DNA from: a virus
Lineage: Duplodnaviria; Caudoviricetes
Strand: one strand, 5' to 3'
Length of the DNA: 29,169 nt
Virus record (IMG/VR): IMGVR_UViG_3300024253_000047
Location: 1-29,169 of that record
Below the pieces are notes generated by a model, which worked only from the letters and a program-made list of their open reading frames with translations, did no database searches and had not been told where the DNA came from. Shown piece by piece: positions 17,905 to 26,077 of this stretch; the first letter of the stretch is position 1; each line of letters opens with the position of its first letter. Position numbers and translations under genes: made by a program.

Positions 17905-18240
17905 CTAAGAATAAGTATTATCTTTATATTTTCTTATCATTTTAGCTGCAAGAGGACAAAGCACAAGTAACAGAACAAATCCAATAATACCAAGGTATAG
18001 TTTGTTGATAAATAAACCTATCGCCATAATTGTTATTGGAATTAAAAAAGAAAGACACGCGATTGCCCCTAAATAATACTTTTTATAAATTGACCACCCA
18101 ATAATAAAAAAGGCTATAGATAATGTTATTGTTATCACAACTGATGATGAACCTTCTCCGTATGTATTAATAATATATTTATTCAAACCAATTCCTAAAA
18201 AAACCGCTATGACTCCAAGATATTTCATATTTTTCCCCAT
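17905..18240 (-). CDS. Small four-TM membrane protein
   Basis: Four hydrophobic segments in 111 aa. Confidence 0.75.
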   Translation of the reverse strand: MGKNMKYLGVIAVFLGIGLNKYIINTYGEGSSSVVITITLSIAFFIIGWSIYKKYYLGAIACLSFLIPITIMAIGLFINKLYLGIIGFVLLLVLCPLAAKMIRKYKDNTYS

Positions 18241-18339
18241 ATTCTTTCAGTTAATATTAATTCGCAATAATCAACAATTCCGTCTTACTTTAATTATACA
18301 AAAAATTGAATACAATTGTATACCTAAAAAAGGAAGTGT

Positions 18340-18558
18340 TTAGACTTCCTTTTCGATCTTAATCCCGGTTTTATGAAGCTTTCCAAACTTACCTTCGGAA
18401 ATGAGGCTCTCAAGTTCCTCTGGCCCATATATCAATACCTCTTCAGAATTCGGGTCAGTGTCCGCTATCACAATTTCCTTATCCCATCGCCCAACAATGA
18501 CATATATCTTGTTGCTGCTTCTTTTGATCAGATAGTCACCTTTCTTCACATGCCTCAA
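18340..18558 (-). CDS. Hypothetical protein (72 aa)
   Basis: TTG start overlaps the upstream TGA; sense orientation in operon. Confidence 0.6.
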   Translation of the reverse strand: MRHVKKGDYLIKRSSNKIYVIVGRWDKEIVIADTDPNSEEVLIYGPEELESLISEGKFGKLHKTGIKIEKEV

Positions 18559-18763
18559 CCCCTTATCCCTTTAAAGTTGTAGTTCCCTTTACGTATTTCG
18601 GCCTGGTCTACTTCCACAGCCTTTTTAATTCAGGATCCTGCCTTTCCTTTTCGGCGCAATCCATGCAGATGCACTGCTCATTAAACATGCTCATTGTTCT
18701 TCCTGACTTAAGTTCTTGGTGGCATCTGTCGCATAATTTCTGAGTGAAAAATCTGTCTGACAT
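18555..18763 (-). pseudogene. Cys-rich (CxxC...CxCxxC) small protein gene with apparent 1-nt frameshift near 18625
   Basis: MSDRFFTQKLCDRCHQELKSGRTMSMFNEQCICMDCAEKERQDPE, then TAG at 18608-18610; shifted frame continues KKAVEVDQAEIRKGNYNFKGIRG to TGA at 18555-18557. Confidence 0.65.
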
Positions 18764-18842
18764 GCTATCATCCCCTTTTCTTCATTTACATCATGTTCCC
18801 TCTGATTCGAGGATGTAGCAAGTCAATTCTTAACTCTATTCA

Positions 18843-20096
18843 TTATTGTTCTTCTCGGCAAGCCTCATCGTAATACAGCTTCTTCCCATCTCTTATCAGA
18901 AACACATCACTGCTGTCGGCCTTGAAAGTGACATATCTTTTTGTTATAACATCGCAATACCTCGGATCCAGCTCCATCATGAAGCATTTCCTGTCGCATT
19001 GTTCTGCTGCTATTAACGTAGTACCGCTGCCTCCGAAGAGATCGAGCACATTGTCATTTGGACTGCTGCTGTTGTTTATGGCTTTGGCCACCAGCTCCAC
19101 TGGCTTCATCGTAGGGTGCTCATCGCTCCTGGTCGGCCTGTCTATATCCCACACATCGCTTTGCTTTCTGTCCTCAAGCGGGCACAGTCTGCTGCCTTCC
19201 TTCCAGCCATACCATATAGGCTCATACTTCGTGTGGTAGTCTTTCCTCGACAGCACCAAGTGGTCCTTGTTCCAAATGATCGTGCTCGACCAATGATAGT
19301 TATTCATCGCGAGGGTGAGCATCATGTTGCCCCACTCCTGGGCCGACATAACCACATAAGTCATGGCTCCATTCTCAGATGCCATATTCATGGATTTGAA
19401 CGCACCATTCATGAACTCCTTGAAATCATCAGTTCCCATAAAGTCATTCATAATTGTTCTAGGCTTATATCCCTGCTCGTTCCCTTCCTTTACAGCTCCA
19501 TAGTTTACATTCCAGGGAGGATCTGTGAACACCATCTTGGCAAGATTTCCGTCCATCAGCCTTTTGACATCCTCTTCGTTTGTGCTGTCGCCGCAATGAA
19601 GCCTGTGGCGTCCCAAAAGCCAGATGTCGCCTCTGTTGCTGATCGGTACTTCCGGAGGCTCCTCATCGAATTCATCCTCGATTATTTCCTTCTCCTCTTT
19701 GGAAAGAACATTTATGTCGTCGAGATCGAAACCTGTTAGCTCCAGGTCAAAGTCTGCAAGCCTCAGTTCCTCGAATTCTATGGCGAGCATCTCAGCATCC
19801 CATTCCGCAAACTCAGCGACTTTGTTGTCTGCTATCCTGAATGCCTTCACCTGCTCTGGGGTCAGATCCTCCACACGTATAACCGGCACATCCTTCAATC
19901 CGAGTTTCCTCGCTGCAAGGAGCCTTGTGTGCCCAGCTACAATGACCATATCCCTGTCCACTATCACAGGATTTTTAAAGCCGAATTCCTTTATGCTTCC
20001 GGCCACTTTATCGACTGCATTTTTGTTGTTCCTGGGGTTGTTGACGTAAGGTATAAGCCTTTCAATATCAACGTATTCAATCTGCAATTTGCCCAT
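18843..20096 (-). CDS. ParB-N-terminal-domain DNA methyltransferase (N6/N4, beta class)
   Basis: ParB-like PYVNNPR...FGFKNP...AGHTRLLAA; catalytic TDPPW; HPTMKP; SAM motif VLDLFGGSGTT. Confidence 0.93.
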   Translation of the reverse strand: MGKLQIEYVDIERLIPYVNNPRNNKNAVDKVAGSIKEFGFKNPVIVDRDMVIVAGHTRLLAARKLGLKDVPVIRVEDLTPEQVKAFRIADNKVAEFAEWDAEMLAIEFEELRLADFDLELTGFDLDDINVLSKEEKEIIEDEFDEEPPEVPISNRGDIWLLGRHRLHCGDSTNEEDVKRLMDGNLAKMVFTDPPWNVNYGAVKEGNEQGYKPRTIMNDFMGTDDFKEFMNGAFKSMNMASENGAMTYVVMSAQEWGNMMLTLAMNNYHWSSTIIWNKDHLVLSRKDYHTKYEPIWYGWKEGSRLCPLEDRKQSDVWDIDRPTRSDEHPTMKPVELVAKAINNSSSPNDNVLDLFGGSGTTLIAAEQCDRKCFMMELDPRYCDVITKRYVTFKADSSDVFLIRDGKKLYYDEACREEQ

Positions 20097-20099
20097 AAA

Positions 20100-20210
20100 A
20101 TCCTCCTAAAAAAATGTTTCAAAAATCGAAAAAAATTCACGCGAAAGGGGCAATCGGTCCTCAAACCGTTGATTTTAGGGCCTCCATTGCCCCTTGAGGG
20201 TATCAAGAAC
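20100..20210. other. Probable cos/packaging initiation region
   Basis: Non-coding, just after the HNH gene; perfect 10-bp inverted repeat AAGGGGCAAT (20145-20154) / ATTGCCCCTT (20186-20195); GC patch next to A/T tracts. Confidence 0.5.
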
Positions 20211-20567
20211 CTATTTTTTATAATGTCTGAATCCTCCGTCTTCCGTAGCAGTCTTCCTGCTGTGACAACTATGACAAAGTGTTTGAAGGTTTGATTCATC
20301 CCAGAATAGCTTCTTGTCACCTCGATGAGGAATCACATGATCCAAGTCCGTGGCAACAGTGATCTTGCCTTCCTTTAGACATGCCTCACACAATGGATGT
20401 TCTCGAAGATACATCAATCTATATTTCCTCCATGTGCTATCATAGCCTCGCTCATAAGAGCTGCCTCGTTGCTTATCAAACTGTTTTGTATGTTTAGAAC
20501 AATAAGCCTGAACCGTCAGTTCGTTACATCCAGGATGGCTACACACCTTTAATGGTTTATTAGGCAT
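20211..20567 (-). CDS. HNH endonuclease, terminase-associated (HK97 gp74-like)
   Basis: CSHPGC; RGYDSTW; PLCEAC; DLDHVIPHRGD..LFWDESNLQTLCHSCHSRKT. Confidence 0.92.
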   Translation of the reverse strand: MPNKPLKVCSHPGCNELTVQAYCSKHTKQFDKQRGSSYERGYDSTWRKYRLMYLREHPLCEACLKEGKITVATDLDHVIPHRGDKKLFWDESNLQTLCHSCHSRKTATEDGGFRHYKK

Positions 20568-20589
20568 TTAATCACCTTCTTTTTAGCAT

Positions 20590-20613
20590 AAAAAAAGAGC
20601 CATTTTAAGGCTC
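20590..20613 (-). terminator. Putative intrinsic terminator just upstream of the HNH gene
   Basis: Minus strand GAGCC-TTAAAAT-GGCTC followed by T7. Confidence 0.6.
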
Positions 20614-20832
20614 CGCTTAATGGTTAATTGATTTTTAGTCCAAAAAATACCGAAAGCACCTGGTTAAATGACACCAAGTGCTTGAGTATGTACGTAATAC
20701 TCATAATAAAAAGGGGGAACAAATTATTATGTTGTGCTACAGTTATAGATTACGCCTTAATTATGTCAGTATTATGACATATCTGTTAAAAGTTAATTAA
20801 CTTCCAAAATAATAAGTTTTTTTACTAATTAC

Positions 20833-20863
20833 ATTATAAATTTTATCAGTCGTCTTTTTCGTC
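20833..20863 (-). promoter_or_regulatory. Putative late promoter with activator-binding direct repeats
   Basis: TATAAT at 20833-20838 (minus); GACGA-AAAA-GACGA at 20850-20863, at the 3' end of the RinA-like gene. Confidence 0.45.
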
Positions 20864-21259
20864 AAATTTAACTTTCCCCAAAAATTTGTTATGTCTTCTT
20901 CTTGGATATTGTTCATCGTGTTCACCTATATTAAATGCAATCTGCTGCCAGGTAAGTCCCGATATATATCTATAGGTTAATATCTGCCTCATTTCACTGT
21001 CCTCTACATTATTTATAAACCTATTGAGCCTGTTCAGCTCATAGAAGCACTTTTGCAAATTCAAGCTTAATAAATATTTAAGGTCAGCTATCTCAGCTGC
21101 ATATTTTCCTATCTTGTCGCTTATCCCACTTGCATGAGGCATCCCAGTTATCTGGCTCGAGCATGACGACGCTACTGTTTCAAGTTCTATTATTCTTTCC
21201 TGTAAGTGTTCAATCTCTCTGTTCAAGTAATATAACTGCGATAGTTCCTGTTTAGTCAT
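20846..21259 (-). CDS. Late transcriptional activator (RinA/ArpU/DUF1492-like)
   Basis: Last early gene; ELSQLYYLNREI, RQILTYRYISGLTWQQIA (sigma-region-4-like HTH). Confidence 0.8.
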   Translation of the reverse strand: MTKQELSQLYYLNREIEHLQERIIELETVASSCSSQITGMPHASGISDKIGKYAAEIADLKYLLSLNLQKCFYELNRLNRFINNVEDSEMRQILTYRYISGLTWQQIAFNIGEHDEQYPRRRHNKFLGKVKFDEKDD

Positions 21260-21262
21260 TTA

Positions 21263-21679
21263 CTACCTCCCAGTTTTTTTGTTCTCTCTCCTGATTTTCT
21301 GAAGTTCATTGTATTCAATCCATCCACTTTTGCCATATTTCAATGATCTGCTTATCCATGTCAGCTTCAGGTCGGGGAATTTGTAGTCAAACAGTTTCCG
21401 CCTGAGTTCACCCTGCTGTGTGCTGAATCCTTTAACGTCAACCAATTCCACTGAGCCATCATTATGGTAAACAATAAAATCCGGTGTATATGTCATTGCC
21501 CTGTGGGTTTTCCCATACTTCTTGAAGCTTGGGATTAGAGTGTATTTCGGTTGCAATTCGAAGTTTATTATTTCTTCCCTAGCCTTCAGTGTCAAAAGGT
21601 GCTCATAGAATCTTGATTCGTCTATGCTGTCGAAGGTGTATCCATCAATTGTTATTTTGCTTGATTTATATTTACCCAC
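21263..21679 (-). CDS. DUF1064-family PD-(D/E)XK nuclease
   Basis: KYKSSKITIDGYTFDSIDE, ELQPKY, YTPDF, VDVKG motifs. Confidence 0.85.
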   Translation of the reverse strand: MGKYKSSKITIDGYTFDSIDESRFYEHLLTLKAREEIINFELQPKYTLIPSFKKYGKTHRAMTYTPDFIVYHNDGSVELVDVKGFSTQQGELRRKLFDYKFPDLKLTWISRSLKYGKSGWIEYNELQKIRRENKKTGR

Positions 21680-21707
21680 TGACCTACCTCTCTCTAATCA
21701 CTTCTGC

Positions 21708-22130
21708 TTACTTTGAAAGGGTGTATTTTTTATATTTATCTCTTATAACTCGCCCATCCTTGACGAGCTTCCCTAGATTATTGAAAGTTACTCCGGTGCT
21801 CTGAGCTAACATCGCTGATATTTCAGAGATATTCAGCGGCTTACTTTCTTTCTCCAATAATCTGACTATCTTATCCATTCCAGCTGATACTTTCGGTTTT
21901 GCCGACGCTTCACTTTCTTTATCATCCTTATTATTTCCTTTGATGAGTTCCTCAGTAACTTTACGTTCCTCCTCGATGGGATCATAACTATAGCTTTCGT
22001 ACAGTTTCACTAGTTCACAAAGATGGATTGACTCCTGTTCCAAGTTTCGCTTCTCTATATCGAGAGCTGTCATTCTCCTAACAACATTCTCTTTTCTTGC
22101 TTTCAAACCGATTATCATCTCTTTATTCAT
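21708..22130 (-). CDS. Hypothetical protein: N-terminal coiled coil, C-terminal winged HTH
   Basis: IVRLLEKESKPLNISEISAML...LGKLVKDGRVIR..KYTL. Confidence 0.65.
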   Translation of the reverse strand: MNKEMIIGLKARKENVVRRMTALDIEKRNLEQESIHLCELVKLYESYSYDPIEEERKVTEELIKGNNKDDKESEASAKPKVSAGMDKIVRLLEKESKPLNISEISAMLAQSTGVTFNNLGKLVKDGRVIRDKYKKYTLSK

Positions 22131-22159
22131 GTCTATTTCTCCTCTCTTTTTGATAGTCT

Positions 22160-22555
22160 TTAGAATGGTATGTCACTGTCACCATATCCATCCTCAGTAT
22201 AAACACCGCTCCCGAAGTCGGTATAACCCTCACTTCCCATACTTCTGCCGTCTTGCTTGCTGCTCAGCAACTCAATACGCATTGTCTGAACATCCATTGT
22301 GTAAATCTTCTTCCCGTCCTTATCATAACTTCCCGTTTTGATATTACCTTCGCAAATACCAATCTTGCTGCCTTTAATGCAGTAGTTTGCTGTAGTTTCG
22401 GCTGCCTTTCCCCAGATAGTGACAGGAATGAAGTCCGTGTTTTCTTTATCTCGGCGCACCGCCAAAATCACCTTGCAGACTGCAGTCCCTTTGCCCGCCG
22501 TAAATTTCAACTCGGGGTCTTTAGTAATATTTCCTATCAGACAAACATTATTCAT
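22160..22555 (-). CDS. ssb: Single-stranded DNA-binding protein
   Basis: MNNVCLIGNITKDPELKFT, TDFIPVTIWGKAAE, acidic tail ending DIPF. Confidence 0.93.
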   Translation of the reverse strand: MNNVCLIGNITKDPELKFTAGKGTAVCKVILAVRRDKENTDFIPVTIWGKAAETTANYCIKGSKIGICEGNIKTGSYDKDGKKIYTMDVQTMRIELLSSKQDGRSMGSEGYTDFGSGVYTEDGYGDSDIPF

Positions 22556-22706
22556 GATATTCCTCCTCGCATTCTTGTGTAATTTTTTCCATATCGTTGA
22601 AAAGCATCTTCAGCCTCAGCATTCCTTTTATGCTTTCCATATTCTTCATGCCGATGAAATTGACTTCCCTGTCAATAACCGCATTTATCTCCTCAATATC
22701 GAACAT
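22548..22706 (-). CDS. Small hypothetical protein (52 aa), not in ORF track
   Basis: MFDIEEINAVIDREV...EEEYHE; RBS AGGAGG; fills the gap and overlaps the ssb start. Confidence 0.65.
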   Translation of the reverse strand: MFDIEEINAVIDREVNFIGMKNMESIKGMLRLKMLFNDMEKITQECEEEYHE

Positions 22707-22715
22707 ATTTGCCTC

Positions 22716-23009
22716 CTATGTGATGGGTTTAAATATTTTACTTATCAGATCACCTATCTTTTCCTGAACAATTGGCTCTGAATACTTCGTACCCTTCTTA
22801 ACCAAAATGCCATTGTATTTTCTGTTGTATTCCCTGAGTTCGTCATGATTTAACTGCTTTACGGCTTTGTTGAGCCTTTCGCCAGCTTGGCAGTAACATC
22901 TTCTGTAAAACTCAGTTGGAAATGGATAATCCTTTTTATGAACTTCAATTCCGATCCAGCCGATGTCCCTGCAAAGCTGGCATTTCTCCTTACTCATCAC
23001 CGTCTCCAC
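22716..23009 (-). CDS. Small Zn-ribbon protein
   Basis: KCQLCRDIGWI...RRCYCQ, like the Zn-binding N-terminus of phage DnaC-type loaders. Confidence 0.6.
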   Translation of the reverse strand: METVMSKEKCQLCRDIGWIGIEVHKKDYPFPTEFYRRCYCQAGERLNKAVKQLNHDELREYNRKYNGILVKKGTKYSEPIVQEKIGDLISKIFKPIT

Positions 23010-23541
23010 TGCCTAAACGATATTTTGTTTTATCCTTAGCTATAAAACCTTTAATATCGTCAGCAAATCCTATGGGGAGCAGCCTTTCCTTTTCCTTCTT
23101 AAGATTCACATCCGTATAGAATTTAATAAACTCATTCCTGACATAGGGAACATCAGATATTTCAATCCTGGTTAGTCTCTCCCAGCCGTATCTCCTTATC
23201 CATCCAAGGATACATTCAGGCATTTGCTCTCTCAAAGCCCATTCAGTAAGGTTGCCGTAAAACCCGCATTTCCTGATTGCTCTGTCCACCCATAACCATG
23301 CTTCTTCTGCCGATTGAGATTTATCAGCTGTAAGTTCAGCAACAACTTCCCTAATATCAGCAGGTACTGGAGCAAACTTAGATGTCATCAGAATCTTGTC
23401 CAATGCCTTTAAAACAAGTGCAAAAGGCAGATCGCCAATAGCTTTATGCCACGTCCTGATTCTGAAGTCGCTGACCTGACCAAATCTCGGGAATATCTCT
23501 GCAATAGTTGTGATAACCTGTATTGTTTCTGTAGGCTTCAT
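22990..23541 (-). CDS. Replicative helicase loader/inhibitor (SPP1 G39P-like)
   Basis: Follows the initiator; TWHKAIGDLPF...SKFAPVPADIRE, AEEAW motifs. Confidence 0.75.
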   Translation of the reverse strand: MKPTETIQVITTIAEIFPRFGQVSDFRIRTWHKAIGDLPFALVLKALDKILMTSKFAPVPADIREVVAELTADKSQSAEEAWLWVDRAIRKCGFYGNLTEWALREQMPECILGWIRRYGWERLTRIEISDVPYVRNEFIKFYTDVNLKKEKERLLPIGFADDIKGFIAKDKTKYRLGSGDGDE

Positions 23542-24314
23542 ATTTCCCCTCTCTCCTCCATTGCTTTGTATTTCTCATATAAGGCAAAACCTGCTTCAGC
23601 ATTCTTACTGCACTTCTTTATTTGGGTCTCATTTGACTTTTTAGTGACACAATCCTTATCACACCAATTTATCAAGGTCTTATAATGATCCTTATAGCTT
23701 TTGCCATTGGATAGATAGTAGTCCAAGCCCTTGATCTTTTCGTGAAGCAAGTGCACTCCATATTTACTTGCTAACTTGTCATACTGCTCCTGGGTTATCT
23801 TAACTTTATCCACAACTTCATCCACAAAGTTTAGGTTGATATAAATTTGAGATATTTTTTTCTTTGGATTCATATTCATATTTGGATTCGGATTGGATTC
23901 AGATTGGATTGGATTACGGTGACATGTGTCATCATCTGAAAGAATTTGATTGCAATTGATATCAGATGAAATCAAAGTGCCTTCTTCCGGTAGTGGATGC
24001 TTGCTTCTTTTTGCCCTTATCTGCTGATGGTTTTCCCAGGTTGTCATCTTCAAGTATCTTTTACCTTCTACTTCGTACAAGAATATGAGCTGCTTCTGAA
24101 CCAACTTACTCAGGTATTTTTCTATATCCGACTCCTTAACTTTATCCACCTTCAACGGGAAGCACTTAGCCCTTAATATGCTTGCCCTTGCATCAGCAAT
24201 TCCATAGTCATCGCAATTAACCAGTATCCGGTAGAAGAATGTCTCTTCCACCGGATCAAGTTCATTAAGATTATCACTTGTGCATATGCTTTCTTTAATT
24301 ATTCTATTTGGCAT
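23538..24314 (-). CDS. Phage replication initiator (replisome organiser)
   Basis: MPNRIIKESI, LVNCDDYG, WENHQ N-terminal wHTH; low-complexity NPNPN linker; C-terminal YKDHYKTLINW. Confidence 0.85.
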   Translation of the reverse strand: MPNRIIKESICTSDNLNELDPVEETFFYRILVNCDDYGIADARASILRAKCFPLKVDKVKESDIEKYLSKLVQKQLIFLYEVEGKRYLKMTTWENHQQIRAKRSKHPLPEEGTLISSDINCNQILSDDDTCHRNPIQSESNPNPNMNMNPKKKISQIYINLNFVDEVVDKVKITQEQYDKLASKYGVHLLHEKIKGLDYYLSNGKSYKDHYKTLINWCDKDCVTKKSNETQIKKCSKNAEAGFALYEKYKAMEERGEI

Positions 24315-24316
24315 TA

Positions 24317-25126
24317 TTACAATACCTCGCCTTCCTCCATCTTCTCAGAAGGCTCATTGTATGTCTCGAAATCCGCTTCCACGTATTCAATGTTAGCCTG
24401 AATATCACCGGTATCTATGACTTCCGGCTTTATTGTTACCATGTCAGCTATATAAGCGTTCTGCATCTCTATGCTTAAAATCCCCCATTTCGAGAGCATG
24501 TTCCTGAGTACTGTCTTCTTGGCCATGGCATCGAAGTCTTTTTTCCATCCGAAGTCTGACTTACTGAACTTGTTCTTATGTTTGGTAATCTGCTCTTTAG
24601 TCCAGTATGTCGATTTCTTGAAGCCATTGAGTAATTCAAAATACCCGGCATATCCTACAACTGCATCTGACTTCTTCTGCTCAAAATCTATCCTCAACTC
24701 TTCAGTCAACGGGTTCCATTCTATGAGTTCACCTTCATGCACTTCAATGACATTTATGGACTTATATTGACCGGTCCTGAGCGCCAGCTGAATGTAGCCC
24801 TTGTAGCCAAGGATAAACTGAGCTCTGTTGCTGTAAGGCACCACCCATGCGTATCCCAGGTTCTTGTCGACTGGCAGATCTAGAGTAGCTGCGACCATGC
24901 AGCTTGCAATCACGCTCATCTGATCGCACTTCTTCAAGTTTGTATCTCCATTAACCAGGTTTACTATGGAGCTCATATATTGAGGAGCTCTTTTGCTTAG
25001 GACCTCTTCGAATCTTTTCTTTATTCCAGGACTGTCCATCAATCCCTTTATAGTGTTGCCGACTGCCCCAACTCCAGTTTCTTTCTTAGTTGCTAATTGG
25101 TTCTTTAAACTATCTACAGTGCTCAT
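24317..25126 (-). CDS. recT: RecT-family single-strand annealing protein
   Basis: AATLDLP...LGYAWVVPY, AQFILGYKGYIQLALRTGQY, FDAMAKKTVLR. Confidence 0.93.
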   Translation of the reverse strand: MSTVDSLKNQLATKKETGVGAVGNTIKGLMDSPGIKKRFEEVLSKRAPQYMSSIVNLVNGDTNLKKCDQMSVIASCMVAATLDLPVDKNLGYAWVVPYSNRAQFILGYKGYIQLALRTGQYKSINVIEVHEGELIEWNPLTEELRIDFEQKKSDAVVGYAGYFELLNGFKKSTYWTKEQITKHKNKFSKSDFGWKKDFDAMAKKTVLRNMLSKWGILSIEMQNAYIADMVTIKPEVIDTGDIQANIEYVEADFETYNEPSEKMEEGEVL

Positions 25127-26077
25127 CTAATTCTCCTCCTTCAAACTTTTTATTGTAAATCTACGCGAAATACTCTCCCTGCAAACACTCCTGTAGATAT
25201 CCTCGTATTCCTTCTTCAAGAGCTTGCTGTCTACCCTGTTCGATGAAACCTGTTTCCAGTTGACTTCAAACTTTGGCGTGTAGCCTATCTCTGAATCTCC
25301 AAGCTCGTTCTTAATGTTGTTCTCGATTTCCTTAGCTTCTTCTTCCAGTTCTTTGATTCTTTCCTTCAACTCAAGGAGCCTGTCTATCTTTCCTGCATAT
25401 TCTGAACTCAATTCTTTGGTTGACCCTGGATCAGCTATCTTGTATCTCTCAGCAAGGTACTTTTCGGCAGCCGAGGAGCCATCGAGAGGTGGTGGAATCC
25501 TCTTTTCGATGTGATTGTCCCAGAATTCTCTCTCGGCCTCTACAATCAGTCTTATAAGCTCCTCATTCCGCTGGACTTCTTTCCAAATGAATCTCTGCCC
25601 ACCTATTAGACAAGCGATGTAAGCTTTCTCGCTACCGGTCACTGCCATGTAGTGCATGACCTGTATAATATAACTAGGCGGTATTTCTTCGTCTTCCCAT
25701 TCTTTTGCATCAAATGCATTTACAGTTTTGCACTCCAGGAATGCATTCTCCCCAACAATGTCTCGGTCCAGGTTTGCCAACATGAATTTATGAACTGAAT
25801 GTTGGAGCAATTGGTTTTTTCTTCTGACCTTCTTTCCGGTTCGTTTGCTGAACTCTTTTGCAACTAGATCTTCAAGCTCTGTGCCCCAGTATGCAGCCTC
25901 GCTGCTTTCGCCCGGTTCTGTGATGGCCTCCGTCTTGTCCATAAATACCTGAAACGGTGTTTTCCATTTACTTAATCCAAGGATCGCACCGGCATCGCTT
26001 CCTCCGATACCGCTCTGCCGTATTTGTAGCCATTCTAAATAATTCATGTTTTTGGTATTTGCTACTATCTTGCTCAT
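25127..26077 (-). CDS. YqaJ-like viral recombinase exonuclease
   Basis: WLQIRQSGIGGSDAGAILG, WGTELE, ANLDR, LECKT, QVMHYMAVTG. Confidence 0.93.
   Translation of the reverse strand: MSKIVANTKNMNYLEWLQIRQSGIGGSDAGAILGLSKWKTPFQVFMDKTEAITEPGESSEAAYWGTELEDLVAKEFSKRTGKKVRRKNQLLQHSVHKFMLANLDRDIVGENAFLECKTVNAFDAKEWEDEEIPPSYIIQVMHYMAVTGSEKAYIACLIGGQRFIWKEVQRNEELIRLIVEAEREFWDNHIEKRIPPPLDGSSAAEKYLAERYKIADPGSTKELSSEYAGKIDRLLELKERIKELEEEAKEIENNIKNELGDSEIGYTPKFEVNWKQVSSNRVDSKLLKKEYEDIYRSVCRESISRRFTIKSLKEEN

Larger units (their letters stand above)
16687..18269. other. AT-rich accessory (moron) island of three genes bounded by direct repeat ATTCGCAATA
   Basis: Sharp drop in GC; ATTCGCAATA at 16687-16696 and 18260-18269. 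Confidence 0.75.

Noticed and set aside
16686-18290. CRISPR array
   Set aside because: Repeats are degenerate and separated by whole genes, not by spacers of constant length; no cas genes.
19991-20320. 109-aa ORF bridging the HNH and methyltransferase genes
   Set aside because: Overlaps both real genes out of frame and crosses the cos-like region.
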